64,000 nt of DNA from Lama guanicoe (taxonomy: Eukaryota). Made by a program: the position numbers and the translations under genes. The stretch spans positions 24,864,433 through 24,928,432 of the forward strand of contig MU054187.1 in NCBI GenBank assembly GCA_013239625.1, read 5' to 3'. Below the pieces are notes generated by a model, which was not told the DNA's origin, ran no database searches, and saw only the letters and a list, made by a program, of their open reading frames with translations. How positions within the stretch are numbered: position 1 is the first letter of the stretch; each line of letters opens with the position of its first letter. Shown here piece after piece: positions 37,869-52,064 of the stretch.

Positions 37869-40529
37869 TAGAAAAAAATAGGTGTTTACTCTTAAAAAAC
37901 ATACAATGCAATATTATCTTCTCATATTTCGTTGAGAATTCTACTTAGTTTTTTTTTTTAAATGTTCTCTCTAGTTTCCAGGATTAAATGTATTCACTGG
38001 TGGTTATTTGTTCAGATTACCCAGCTTGGTCACCTTCTTTTTTGGCTTCTGATTTTCATTTCTGAAGATCTTCTTGATGACTGATCATATTAATAATGAT
38101 TCAAATCATTAACTTACATTAATTGATAAGTAATGTTAGCAGGTATAATCTCCCCTAGCAGTTATGCAGAATAGTAGTTCTGGACATTTTTACAGAAAAC
38201 AAAATTTTTTTGAATTGGAGGAAGACAGTGTTGTTAATTTTTAGATTCACTATATGTCAATTGAAAAACTATTATTTGCTAGTACCACAGATTTATAAAA
38301 GAAAGAACATTTGAATTTCTCTGATGTAGAAAAGATAGAATCTCTTAAATAGCACAAGTTTGGTGGGTATATACGTGCAACAGTGATCTTTATTTTCTCT
38401 CTTCATAGGTCCACAGAAGCCTTCTTTCTGATAAGTACTGGGAGCTACTGTGGTTAGAGTTTTGCCCTCAGGCCTCACCTTATACTTGTCCACTTTGTGA
38501 GCAGTAGTGGATTTTTTGAGGTGGCAAAGCTCCATTTCATTTGGGGTGCTGCATGTATCAACTGAAATTTGGGTACCAATGCTGTGGTTCCCACTGAGGG
38601 CTCTAGTGGGTTTCCCCAAATCTTTCAGTTTATTCCCTCCAGTCACTCCCCAAGCCAACTTTAGTTAGAAAAGATATTCTCTTGACTTCATAATTTTTTT
38701 TCCAGCCTCCCAACCAGCTAGGGAAAATTAGTATTACCCTGCAGAGTTTCCTCCACTTACTCCTGTGGCTCAGCCCTGTGCTTGTGAGTTTTCTCCCGAG
38801 GTTTTGTCAAATGTGTATGGTTCTTTGCTGATATTTTAAAAAGTTGTCATATGAAGTTAGGGCCTTTCTTGGCTTAAGCAAAATTGAAAGTATATTTATT
38901 TATTTATTTTTGGTTCATTTTAGTGGGTGCCATTGAGATGTTTTTGCATCTTCTGTGTATTTTTGTAAGTTACCTACCTCTGGACTTCTCAGTTACTGGG
39001 AATGAATAGTCTAGATATTTCAGGCAATTATGAAGAGCATTTAGTCAATAGCAAAGATAGTTACTGAGTTCTTCCTAGGTGACAGGGTGTGCTAGATTCT
39101 TTGAATTCCTCTTAAACTCTGTAAGGTAGTCAGTTTGAGGTAGGACTTGTTATCACCTTTGACAGAAGAAGGAACAGGGGTTCAGAAGGTTTAAATACCT
39201 TGCTCTTTTTCATGGAACTTATAGTGGCTGAACTTGAATAGAAGATAGTTCTGTTTGGCTCCTCAATCCACATTTTTTTCAACATTCCACAATTTTTTCT
39301 AATGAATTTATTGAACAGCCATAATTCTTTGCTGCATATTTAATGAGGACCTAGCCACATAATTACTAGTGACTTATTTAAAGGTTTTTTTTTTAAAAAT
39401 AGTGTTTGGTTATCTTAGATTCTAATCAGAAATACTGATTAAATTCTTTCTTTGACTCCAGCTCCTGCCATAATAATACTTTCAAACTAATTGGTGTTAT
39501 TATTTAAAACATTTTATGGAAACTATAAGCTCTTTCCTTAGAAAATGTTACATACACACAAAATTTTTACATAATTTCAGAGACTTCATGAATATTGCTG
39601 TTGCCTGTCCATGGACCCAGGATAAAATTTTGTCTTAGGAGGAATGGATTATCACATTGATCAGTTCTTTTTGAATGGCACTATGTCTTCTTTGAAATTA
39701 TTAAGAGAAGATATGCTTGGATCCTTGTAGTTAACGGGAAATGTAACTTTTCAAGACCACTTTTTATATACTACCTAATATGCTCTGTCTTTCTGAGACA
39801 AACTGTTAAATGTACATGTGATACATAATAGCTACTATTCTTTACTGTTTACCCTTTAGCTCTCCAAGCTGAATTACCTGGCCTTCCCTAAAGGTTTTCT
39901 TTCCTGGACCACACTGGTCGTAGGTGCTTACATGTAAAATTACAGTAGAGTTTGGTGACCTTACAGATAGTTCCTTATGATTCAATAATTTGTTTGCTAG
40001 TTCAGCTTTCTATTTGGAGGAGCGTTTCAGATGGTCAAATCCTTGCACACTATTTTTTCATGGGATGCAAAATCTGATATTCTTTGTGCATGAATCTGGA
40101 TTTGTAAGAATCACCAGGCAAGACTTGTAATGAAAACTCTCTTCAAGCTATTTTTAACTGTGTGTGATGAAAAAATGGGTTTTAATGAGGAAAGAATAAT
40201 ACATTGATCTTTATTCTATTCACTTGTGAGGCAGGTTATATAGGCCATGATTGAAATACTGTTCTTTATTAAAATGTACACATTGAAATATTTCAGTGTC
40301 TATTGATGATAGCGCATTGATGTCATGTAGATGTTATAGAATGAATTCACTGTTTCACTATTTCTTTGAATGCCATGCAGTATTTTTGATGAATAATGGC
40401 TATGCATAATTTAGTTGCTTAAGAATTTATGAGATCAGGATCTGCAGCTAAATTTGAAGTTAGTAAGATGTAGGGCAGTTGGACAAGGGTCTGAGTTCAC
40501 ATGATATGAAGACTTGGCTCACCACAGAG

Positions 40530-41620
40530 ACCACAAACCAGCCAGAGGCTGAATGTAGCCTCAGCTTATTTTGTTTTAAACACATTTTGAATTAATTCTC
40601 AATGTGTAAAAGTTGGGCAGTTTTACAGAAGATTCCAGAGTTTTGTTTTCCGTTGAAACATCAGAAGATCTGGCATCACTGGCCCAAATTCTCAAGCTGA
40701 GTATCAGCAGCAGAGTGAAACATGGTTTCCTTTTTGCCTCTCTGATAAAGAAACTGAATTTCAGTTGCCTTATATTATTGCATTTCTATTGTTATTTTCT
40801 TTTGTAGAGAGAAAGAGAAATAATTTCTTATGCTTGTATCTATATCAAAAGAGGGAAAACAAATGATAAGCTGAGAGGGTGGCATAGGGGAGACAGCACA
40901 TTTTTTTCCCCAAGTGAAGATTATTCTTCCATGTTTAACATGCAAAATGTGTTTCTGTCCAAAAAATACAACTTAAAGTACCAATATGTAAGCAACCATG
41001 ATAAGAAATATGATGCTATCTGGAAATTTTGTTTGGTGAGAAACTTAACGATCTGAGAAAAGATTCCAAAGTTTTTACTGGGCTTGTTTTTGAATTTAAA
41101 AAATCTGAGTAAAATTGTCATAAAATTCATTTATTACCTAAAAAAATTGCCTTGTTAAAGACAAAGGAAGTTATGTGTCCTAATCAATCATTTAAATTGG
41201 CAATAAGATTTGATTCCAACAAGAAATGTGAACTCAAGAGTGTTGAAGAAATGGCAACAATCTAAAGAATATGTTGGAGGAAGTTAAAGTTTTGATGTCA
41301 TGTTCTAAATAAGTGATGAAAGGCTGGAGGTAACAAATACCATCTGGTTAGCTTTATTTGTATGTGTTATAAATGAGGCTATAAACGAGACTAGAGAAAT
41401 TTTGGACATAAAACCCTTGAGAGGCATGACACTCAAAACCACATTATCTATGTTGAAGAAAGTTTTGAACTACTTAATGAAGACTGGCCAAGAAATGTTA
41501 GGGAGTGACTCTAACATCAGACGGTGCCTCCATGAAAGTCTGTGTTAACATCAAACTCCTTCTGAGGTGGTAAAATTTGGAGGGACACATTACAATTTTT
41601 CAGGAATTACTTTGTACCAA
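40530..41620 (+). mobile_element. hAT-Charlie DNA transposon fossil (MER102/Charlie4-like end plus transposase remnant)
   Basis: End motif gattccagag...ttgaaacatcagaagatctggcatcactggccc. Peptides TREILDIKPLRGMT (from 41390) and, in another frame, VTLTSDGASMK (41505-41537) resemble the hAT EELL..PL.GTT and VTTDGAPAM motifs. Confidence 0.55.
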
Positions 41621-42949
41621 ATGGTTAAAAAAATAACTAAATAAAGCCTGCCTTTGTTGGAGTAAGATCCCGTGGCTTGAAATGTAACTTACTCAATGTG
41701 TGACTTGATGCTTGGGAAACACAACTGAATAAGGGGTGTAATGTAGTGTGCGGGTGTTAGGTGATTTGAGTCATTTTAGTTGTATTGAAGCTCCTTATTT
41801 TTAATTGCTGAAACAAATTGATTCGCTCATGTCATCTTAGAAAAATTTCTGCTTCAGCTCACTAGTGACTAATGGATAAATCTTGGCCTTTTTGGTTAAT
41901 GTTACAACTCATCTAAGCACCTTGGAACAGACCTTCAGAAGCAGTTGGCAATGATTTTATGTGCCCATTTCAAGCAAAATTGTGTCTTTGGGAAACTCAT
42001 CTGACAAGAAATATGGAGATCTACATTCATCTGATAAAAGTGGCTCTAGAAGTGACAACCATGGCTTAAACTACATTCCCTAAATATGAACTAAATTCCA
42101 GAAAATATTCTCTAATTTCAAAGGGTATAAAGATGTGCTAACACTCGATTTGAATCAAATTAAGCTATCTCAATTAACTTTAATCATGTGAACAAAGAGC
42201 TTCAAGTGGAAGTTTCTGAATTGCAGAAAGGTTACTGAAAACTAAATAGAAGTTCTAGAATATTAGAACCCTACAAATATCTCTGTTCCACAGTTTTCTT
42301 AATTGTAAAAAAAAAATATTCTGCAAAGATTCAATAGATGCCCAGACATGCTTCTGTTTGTGCACAGCTGTTTTATTTTCTGAATAAAACTAAATAAAAC
42401 TCCCTACTAAAGGGTTCAAGGCTAAATTCTGTGCTGCACATAGCAGTGTGAAACACAGAACTGGGCACAGCTGTCTTGGTATGGAAGAAAAGGAGAGAAT
42501 TTTCCTGTTCTAAATCAAAGGAACAATGCATTAGGAAACAGAAAAGTCATACTTAGTGGCTCCAGTTTTTTAATGTGTATATTTAAGTTCCAGTTTAAAA
42601 TATAATCTCCACTATAATACATGTTTGCAATATTAGACATATTCAAACCGTACAAGACATAAATAAAAATTTTAAAAACCAATACAATTTAAAAAACAGT
42701 TATTTTTTAGCAATTGATACTTTAAAAAATTATCTGGTTTACTTTACTCTTTTATTCCCTTTCTGGAACCAAAAGCACTTGAATTTGAGACACTTGGGTC
42801 AGGGTTTTATCTTAGCAAATGACAAGAAGAAATCTGGCTTTGCTCTCTAAATGCCATTCAGATCATGACTGACTTCTCTCTGCCAGCACAGCCTGTTTAC
42901 TATATTTGGCATAAGAATGACCTTTGGCTAGGTAATAAACTCCTTACTT

Positions 42950-43664
42950 GTTTTTTGTTTTGTTTTGCTTTGTTTTAATTGAGTTATAGTCAGTTTACAA
43001 TGTTGTGTCAGTTTCTGGTGTACAGTACAATTTTTCGGTCATACATGAATATACATATATTCATTTTCATATTCTTTTTCACCATGAGCTACAAGATCTT
43101 GTATATATTCCCCTGTGCTATACAGTATAAACTTGTTTATCTGGTCTATATATACCTGTCAGTATCTGCAAATCTCGAACTTCCAGTCTATCCCTTCCCA
43201 CCTCCTTCCCCCTTGGTAACCACAAGTTTGTATTCTATGTCTGTGAGGCTGTTTCTTTTTTGTATTTAAGTTTGTCTGTCTTCTTTTTTTTTTTAGATTC
43301 CACATATGAGTAATATATGGCATTTTTCTTTCTCTTTCAGGCTTACTTCACTTAGAATGACATTCTCCAAGGACATCCATGTTGCTGCAAATAGCATTAT
43401 GTTGTCATTTTTATGGCTGAATAGTATTCCATTGTATAAATATACCACATCTTCTTTATCCAGTCATCTGTCGATGGACATTTAGGTTGTTTCCATGTCT
43501 TGGCTATTGTAAATAGTGCTGCTATGAACATCGGGGTGCAGGTGTCTTTTTGAGTTAGGGCTCCTTCTGGATACATGCTCAGGAGTGGGATTCCTGGGTC
43601 ATATGGTAAGTCTATTTTTAGTCTTTTGAGGAATCTCCATACTGTTTTCCACAATGGTTGCACC
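42950..43664 (-). mobile_element. Young truncated L1 with 13-bp TSD
   Basis: TSD aaactccttactt at 42937-42949 and 43665-43677. Uninterrupted ORF2 C-terminal peptide (43397-43687). Confidence 0.93.
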
Positions 43665-44097
43665 AAACTCCTTACTTCTTCATTCACCTTTCTTCAAAAC
43701 TGCTAAAATTGTTGATGCTTCTTTCAAAATGCTGCTCATTTTAAATAATTTGAAGCAAATTTTCAATCAAATGTAAATAGATTATATATGTTCTCAGCTA
43801 ATGTAAGTGTATTCTAATTTTGTGAATTAGAAAAAACTCACATATAAATAATAATGTCTTTAATAATATTATGAGAGTATCTCCTGTATTTGCCAACATT
43901 CTCTGTACTTAATGGTCAAGATTATTCACAATGATTGTGATTTTTCTTGATAGAGTATAAACTCTACAAGGACAGCATTTTAAAAATGTTAACTGATACG
44001 ATCTAGATATTCAGTAGTGTGCTTGGTACATAGTAGGTAACACATGTCTGATGAAATACGATTCAAGGATAACTGAAAAAACTCCATTATTTGAATA

Positions 44098-44437
44098 ATA
44101 TCTATTAGGCAGACTGGGCTAAATCGCATTGTTGGTAATACACAACCTCCAAGTCTCAGTGGTTTAATATACAAAGGTTTATTTCTTGCTCCTGAAACAC
44201 ATCATGGCGGTTGACAGAAGGGTCTGCTCTGCAGTCTTGCAGCAGCACCGTTTGGTGAAGAGCTCTTCCTTCAGATGTCACAGCAGGGGAAGGATGAAAC
44301 TAGGGACTCAGGCACAGGGTTTTCTCCACTCATCTCTTTGGCCAGAAGTAGTTATATGTCTTTACCAAGGTGCAAGGAGGTCGGGAAGCACTGGGGAGCA
44401 AATAGAGTATTTGATGAGTGTTACTGTCTTTGCCACA
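44098..44437 (-). mobile_element. MaLR (MLT1-type) solo LTR
   Basis: aacctccaagtctcagtggtttaatatacaaaggtttatttcttgctc ... tttgccaca. Confidence 0.7.
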
Positions 44438-45690
44438 ACATGGTAAGTAACAGAGACTAATTATTACCTGAAGTTGCTGCATGCAGCAGCCAGGACTGTT
44501 GTTAGACCTTCTGGTACATATTTCCAGATAAGAAAAGAACTTCGTCCCCTAGAAAGACCATAAGACAGGCTACAGTGTCATTCATTCGGGTTTCTGGAAA
44601 TCCACAATTGTGTCAAATTGTTTAAAGTGATAATTTAGAGTGCTCTTTGATCTGCATTTGATTGATCATACCACATACATAGATTGACCCAAGGTACTGG
44701 ATCCTGTTGGAGACTAACAGGGTTGGTCTCTGAAGTGGATTCAGAAGTGAATTCTGATGGATTATCCTCAGGTTTCAAGGGAGGCTTCTCCTTCTTCCCC
44801 AGAATAAGGACCTCAGAAGTAAGCTCTATAGAAACCATTCCAGTTTGGGAATCATTTTGTTGGTCCTGTCAAGGATTCCGGGGTTATCCTCTACACTGAT
44901 GACAGTCTTGGGCTCCTGGTCCATCTTTTTTCCGAAGGTAGCCAGCTCTTATTCCTGGAACTGATATATCTTGCATTGATTTATGAAGGGATTTCTTTCT
45001 TTAAAGAAAAATCTGGTGCTAGCCACTAAGACAATACTGTCACTTTACATGTTTGCATGAAGTCATGTAACATTCTAAGACATCTTTCAGGTCTCTATTT
45101 CTGAGTCAAATCTGTTGAATGTGTACAATTTAAGTTATTTTAGGCTATTCTTTCCAGAAGACATGCAGACTGTACAAAATTATTCATAACTCTATGTGTA
45201 TAAGTTAGGAACAGAGTCATTCACCCAGTAAATGTTTATTGAGAAGTAACTCTGCATCTAGGATGAAGATAACTGATGATGACTATTGGATACACAACAA
45301 CGAATGAGACGTAGTGACGACCTTTGAGATGCTCAAATGCTGACTAGAGACAGATGTGTCAATAGATAATTCTGGCACATTGCAATTACTACTGTAATTT
45401 AGGAACAGAGTGAATCAGGGTAAGGATTGTGCCATCTGTACATTTTCAGGCTTTTGCATTGACTTTCATCATTGACTTTCAGGCCATTGCAGCTGACTTT
45501 TGAAAGTAGGTACTTTCCATTTGAGACAGAATATTCCAAGGCAGGGGAGCACCATGAAGTATAAGCGGAGAAGCCTGGGTAAAGTTCAGAAGGCATAAAA
45601 TGCATTACATGTCTTGGAGCCTTTGAGAAAAATAGCAGACTAGAATGTTGGGTTCTTGTGAGGGAAGTAGTGTAAACTGGGTATAGAGAT

Positions 45691-46287
45691 GTGTCATTGC
45701 TACAATAGTGACTTCCAAGGAGTCATGCCTCCTGGAAGCCTCATCTTGTGTAATCTCCTCTCATGTGGGGGCTTGACCATGTGATGCATACAGAGGCTTG
45801 ATAAGCACTCATGCAGAAGACTCACCTGCTTGGAGCCCCAAGACTGTCATGGCTCAAGAAGTGCATTGAGGAAGGGCGGTCTCATGACGAAGGAGTAAAA
45901 ACATGGAGAGAGATTCTACAGAAAGATAGAAAGACCATGTGTGGAAAGAGATCCCATGGAGAGAGACCATGAGGAGGGAGATTTACGGAGAGAGGCCACA
46001 TGTAAAGATACCCTGGAGAGAGAGAAAGATACACACACAAACACACACACACCACACGTACAGAGAGATCCCAAGAGAAGAGAGGTCATGTGAATATATG
46101 AGTCTCTGGATGTCATCTATCCCCAGCTGACAGGCAGGCTAAATGCAGTCATATGTATGAACCCAGGCAAAGTCAGCATTTAAGTGCCATCCAGTGAACC
46201 CAAAAAACTATGAAAAGTAATAAACATTATAGTTTTAAGCTACTAAGTTTTGAAATGGTTTCTTATAAAGCAATAGATAATGGATAC
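45691..46287 (+). mobile_element. MaLR (MLT1-type) solo LTR
   Basis: 3' end aataaacattatagttttaagctactaagttttgaaatggtttcttataaagcaatagataatggataca. Confidence 0.75.
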
Positions 46288-46499
46288 AGAAAGTAACTTT
46301 ATTTATTTATTCATTCAACAAATTTCTGTAGAGTTTATTATCTACTATGTGCCAGGAAATCTGCTAGGCGAAGACTGTATTTTGGAGGGCCTTACATTTC
46401 TTGTTAATGAATCATCTTCTTTCTGCCCTGACTCCAGCCATTGTAAATGTTATTACTATTGTTTTAATTGAGGGCTTCATCATATCTTACCTATTGTAA

Positions 46500-47430
46500 T
46501 AATGTTACATTGTTCTGTCTCTCATTTCAGCTTTTCCCCCAAAACACAAAACACTTGTTATTATTGTATTTAAATCTCTTTAGTGGCTTATCATAATTTT
46601 CAGGTCTAATTTTAAACTCCTTGTATATGTCACCTTATACCATGTATATAGCCTCTTTTCCAATGTCCAATAACTTGTAGTTCTGTAAATAAGCAATGCT
46701 CACTCAGATATTAGAATCTTTGCACATGTTGTCTTGGCCTGGAAGGTCTTCTCTCATTTGCTTGCCTGGTAAAAGCTTGTATATTCTTCAAGACACAGTT
46801 GAATCTGCATCCTTTTTCAATACCTCTAGGTGGAATTGATCACTCTTTTTTTTGCATTTTATGCCATCACTAACCATTGCATATCACTCTAATAACATAG
46901 CACTTGTCACATTATGTTGGTATTGCTACTTCCCTTCTAGACTGTGAAATCCTTGAAGGCAAGGGATTCCATCTTTCTTCCACCTTTCTTGCCTTAGTAT
47001 AGTCAGCTCTTAATTCTTGGTATACAGTAGGTACTCTTTTCTTGAGAAATGCCTTTGTCTTATAGGCTGTAGGAAATCACTGGCTATTTTATAGGAAGGA
47101 ATTTTAGGAAATTAATTCAGGCATCAGTGTGAACGAGCAAAAACAAAGGCAGATGTACCCATTTCTTAAACCATTTAACCATTTTACTTCCATCATCGAG
47201 GTGACACATGAGGATTGTCAAAACTAGGGTAGTAGGAAGATGGAGGGAAGGATCTACATAAAAGACCTATCAGAGGCAGAATGGCCGTGACATGGTGGAA
47301 ACCTGAATGTGGAGAAAGAGGAAAAGTGAATAATAGAAAAAAGTTTGCGGTTTCTAGATTGGACAAATGGGTAGGTAATTATGCCATTAACCAAGACAGA
47401 AAATAACAGAAGAGGAGCAGGTTTAGAGAG
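46500..47430. mobile_element. L2 fragments in both orientations
   Basis: ttctagactgtgaaatccttgaaggcaagg...tatacagtaggtactc on plus, followed by an L2 antisense-type tract. Confidence 0.5.
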
Positions 47431-50400
47431 GAAGAAGTAGTAAGAAGGAGATAATTACCAGCATACTGCCTGTGAAGAATGAATTTCAAGATTTTAACAG
47501 CTCTCACTGGTAAGGGAACTGCTAATTATAATGAGGGTGACTGTATTAGCACAGAGCTGGAAATCTTGTGAAAGATGATCTGGTTGGACTAGTTCTCAGG
47601 TTAAAGGAGAATGATCTAAATTAGTAAATTTCTCTCAGGCAGAATTTGATACACAAACAGTTATGACACAGCCTTCAATTGCAATTTCTTCAAGAAATTT
47701 TATTCTTCAGGAAAATATACCTAAATAGACAATAATAGCCCCATTTTAGGATGCTATGACTGAGGTAATTCTTATCAAGCAGAGTAACAGTGGTCATTGA
47801 CTTAACTGGAAATGAAGTTTGTAGCTCTTACCACAACAATGGCAAGATAGAAATGATTCTCCAGAGATTTTATCCATGTGTTACAAGACTGCAACACTGT
47901 CTCTTTGATGCTTTTTCAATCACTTATTGTTTAATAGCAATAATCCAACAGCTAGAATATCAAACTGATATCCTTTTTCCATGACTAGAAGTCTTACCCT
48001 TCCTGAAAAGACCTTGGTTCTGTGTTTCTCACATCATCAGGGTCATAGATTAACAGCTTTCAATAATACATTGCCTATGACAACACTCTCCTTTCCTGCT
48101 AATTGTTCTGGGCAAGTTGGCCTACGTAATAATGAATTCATGAGAAATATATTTATTAGAGGAAGGAGTTGAGTAATGAAACTATGTATTATTTCTTGAG
48201 AGTATTCCTTAATATAAAGAAAAGTCAAAGTCTAACCAAATCAGGGTTTGTGGGATATCAAAAAATAACAAGAAACCAATACTTCAAAGCCTTGAGTTTT
48301 GTGATAATTAGTGCAGCAAAGAAACACTCGATACATCTGCAAAGCAAAATTAAATAGTGCAAATAGAGGGGGTCAAAGCAAAGATTAGAAAGACTGAAGA
48401 CTAAACTTAGAGTCTGGATTTTGCCAAGACTCCCACTTGTATCACTGCACGAACAAAAAAGGAGATCAGACATAGACGCTTATGATAAAATCTATCAAGA
48501 ACCAGTCACATGTTGGTGACTGCTATTTGTGGTCATTCTCTCTGTCTCTCTCTCACTGTTTTGGTTAAAGTGTAAATAGTAAAGTGACAGTACAGCCTCA
48601 CAATAGATTTATTCCCCCTCTTTAGTCACTATTCCAGGGAGGCATCTCATGACATTCTTCTCATTCCTATAATGGATTAATGCTACAGTGAACTCTGGAG
48701 GTCAACTGAATTAGCTCTCATGGGACGCAAAAGTCATTACCCAAATAAAGCACTTACACAGCACCAACATGTGATCCTGATGTAGCTGGCAGCCTGTGCC
48801 TTACCTTGAAGAATGAATGCATCTGACCCCATCCCTATCACAGAGACCGCACTTGGGATATTGTACACCAGTCTCCTTGTACTGTATCAGCACGATGGAC
48901 CATATCCTGTAACTGGAGCCTCAGCTCATGCTTGTGGTAACTCAGAAACACATAACGTCCACTCTCTCTGTAATTTGGGTAGCACTATCTGAGAGGCTAG
49001 TGAGAAGTTAGGTAATAGTGAAAATAAGTCCTTTAGGCAGTGCATATGCTGTGTCGGTTTGTTGTGAAGCTGTGTTTACTTGCAAAGTGAGTCATCCTGT
49101 CTGTGCAATTGCCAGTAAGCTAAATCAAGACCGAAATATTCCTTAAAAGAGTTGCTTTTGTTTAGAGAAGCATGCCACTGGCTGTGATGAATATGGACAC
49201 TGTATTTCCAGAGAGTGGCAAAGAGCACAAAGCCTTTAACATTGTTGATGCTTGTGAAATATTTTAAATTTGATTTTTGCGACTAATATAAATTTAGGTT
49301 TTGCCTAGTTGACCAAGTTTAAAAATGTATTTTCCAAGAGTAGCCATGAGTTGATCATTATGATAGTTTGATGATGGGTCTATTTTTTTATCCTACTTTT
49401 TATTATTTTATTTTACTTTTCTATTCTATTTCTACTTTTGCAAATTTTTAATACATTGAAAATAAAATAAAACTTGTAGCCATGTTTTTCAGTAGTCAAT
49501 GGTCTTATGCTGCTGCAAATTCAAATTTGCAAATTTGAAACTGCAAGTGTTATGTGCAATGAAATTTCTGGGTGGGTACACATCTTTTCATAGTATTTCT
49601 ACTTGCATATCTGTCACTGATTTGGTCCTTTAGTTAATTCAGTCTTTAATATATTTAAGAAAGAAAGGAGAGTATATTTAACCAAATGCATGGTACTAAT
49701 TTAGATATTTAAGATTAAGACAATTTAAATATAGTTCTTACTTTCATGGAGCTTACAGTCTATTTTTGAAGACAGATAAATGCCAAATATCAGACTTTAA
49801 TAAATATTTTAGTAAATGTTGTTCTGTGAGGGTTAGTTCCAGCAGGCTTGAAATTAGCTTGAGCTGTTCTGCGTGTCTCTATATGGCACTGACCCCAAGT
49901 CAGTAAGAGTATTGCTTTGTAGCCATGAGTCTCAAGAGTTTCAGGTGGTTTGCAGCACTGTTTATTGGTAACAGTGAGACTGGTAAGTTGTGCCTGGACT
50001 TGGTGAGACTCCCTGGGAGAATCTGCTGCTCAGGCTGATTTAGCAAAAGGAATATGCCTACATGATCAGCAAAATTAAAAAGAAAACAACCCAAACACTA
50101 CTGATGACTTCATTTAGCATCTTTGGTTCCAGGGTGTTCAGTGTCATAATGATGGTTCCAGATTCAAGACAGAAGGTACCTCCTGCAATGGCCTTTATGG
50201 AGGGAGGGCAATAGGATTTTGCACTTGACTCTCCACGTTCCCTGCTGTGAGACAGTCTTTGACTCTGATGGATATTCTTACTTGAATGCTGTGGCTGTAT
50301 TGTATCCATTTCCTGTAATAAACTGTAGACTTGCAAGCATCATTATTTTGGGTCCTGTAAGCCCTCTTGAGCAATTTAAACCGTTAGTGAGAAGACCCAG

Positions 50401-52064
50401 TGTGGGTGGGGTTAATGGAAAAGAAACTAATTTTGTGTGGGCTTGCTGTATGTGTGTACACCCATAACCCTTCACATAGGAGGTAAAGTCTGGAGAAATT
50501 GATATTTATTTTTAAAAGAAGATAGAGGAGATAATAGGCTAGAAATAGCTTGAGTAAAGGCCTGGCACAGTCCAGGAATAATTCAGTGTGAGTAGTACAA
50601 GATCTGGAGCCCAGGTCTGAGCTCAAGGCTGGAGATACAGTGCTTGGGATCACCAGCCGGAGGAGTGAAAGAAGCGGGTGTTGTCCCAAGAGAGACCGTG
50701 CTGTGAGACAATAGCTAAAAACTAAATCTCGCTGATGATCTGTATTGGTAGAGAAATGCCAAAGAAAACAAAGTTTCAGAATCAAGGAAAGAGGTAGTTC
50801 ATCAAAATATTAAATCTAGTACAGTTCAAGAAGAATGAGTATGGTGAAGAGATTTTTGAATTTTTTAAACAGGAAGGTTGAAGGTAACCTTCTGAAGAAA
50901 GGTTTCAATTCAGAAGGAAATGGAATAGAAATTTGATGGTAAAAGAGAATGGGAAAGATGAAGTTAGAGCTTGAAGAGGAAGAGGTGGATGGGAAATTTG
51001 TTTAGAATTGGTGAAGATCCGAAATGCCTGAAGACTAAGAGGAAGGATCTGAAGGAGGGAAAAAGTTGAAGTGCAAGAGTTGGGAAGAATTCATGGACAA
51101 GGCTTTAAATGAGGGTATCAAGGTACAATCAAGAAGACGCTGCTTTTTGTGTGAGAGAAGAGAAAGAAGAAAATATTAGTTGCATAAAAAATAAAATGTA
51201 ACATATATTCTATGGGCCAAACTGTTTAGAACTTCAGGATAGGAATTTTGCCATCTTAAAGAGCAGATAGTATATAGGTATACTGTATCAACACATGACA
51301 TGTGAGAGTGGCTATAGGTTGTCCTGGAGTTTCAAACTCTTACTAAGCCTTACCAATCTACATCTAGCCCTTCATGAATAACAGGCATTTTATCCTGGGC
51401 TCAGACTTTACTTAGGCCGTCTTAATTTGCTCTTCTAAGTGTTTTCTAGAAGTAGCTTTTCAGGCTTTTGATACCTTCTGTGCCCATATATAATGTACTG
51501 AGATACAGAACTGGGGTGGAGAAAGGCAGGTTTCAAGCAAATGTTTCTATCAGTGTTGGAGGTCTCCAAACTGACTCAGTCTATATTACAATATTTTCTT
51601 TAGCTTGCTCCTCAAATTAATTCACTGATTCTTCGAAAGCTAATCTTAATAAATTACACGTATTAATTTTCCATTTGAAAATTGTATTCTATTATTTTGC
51701 ATATAGAATTTTAAGTAGTTTTACATATACCAGAGAACTTATGCTTTTTCAGCCAAAATGGTGTAATAGGGACTAGATTTACCATCTTTCCTAAAGCAAC
51801 CAAAAAGAATGGGCAAATTTTAAGAAATAACAAACTTTAAAGCATTGAACAAAAGGAAATGGAAGACAGTGATCTACCAGAGATGAGAAAAAAATGAGAT
51901 AAATCCTATGATTACCCCAGTTTTTTGTCTAGAGACAGTCTCTAGGCCATGGTGCAGGAATGAGGAACTCAGGCAGGGCACAGCAGACTCCCTGAGTTAA
52001 AGATCGAAAACTGAGTGTTCAGAGAGATCAGAGAGGCTAGAATTCACAGGAAAGAATATTATAA

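Noticed and set aside
38293..38658. 121-aa ORF
   Set aside because: Non-ATG start, no recognisable domain or splice context; probably chance or very old repeat sequence.
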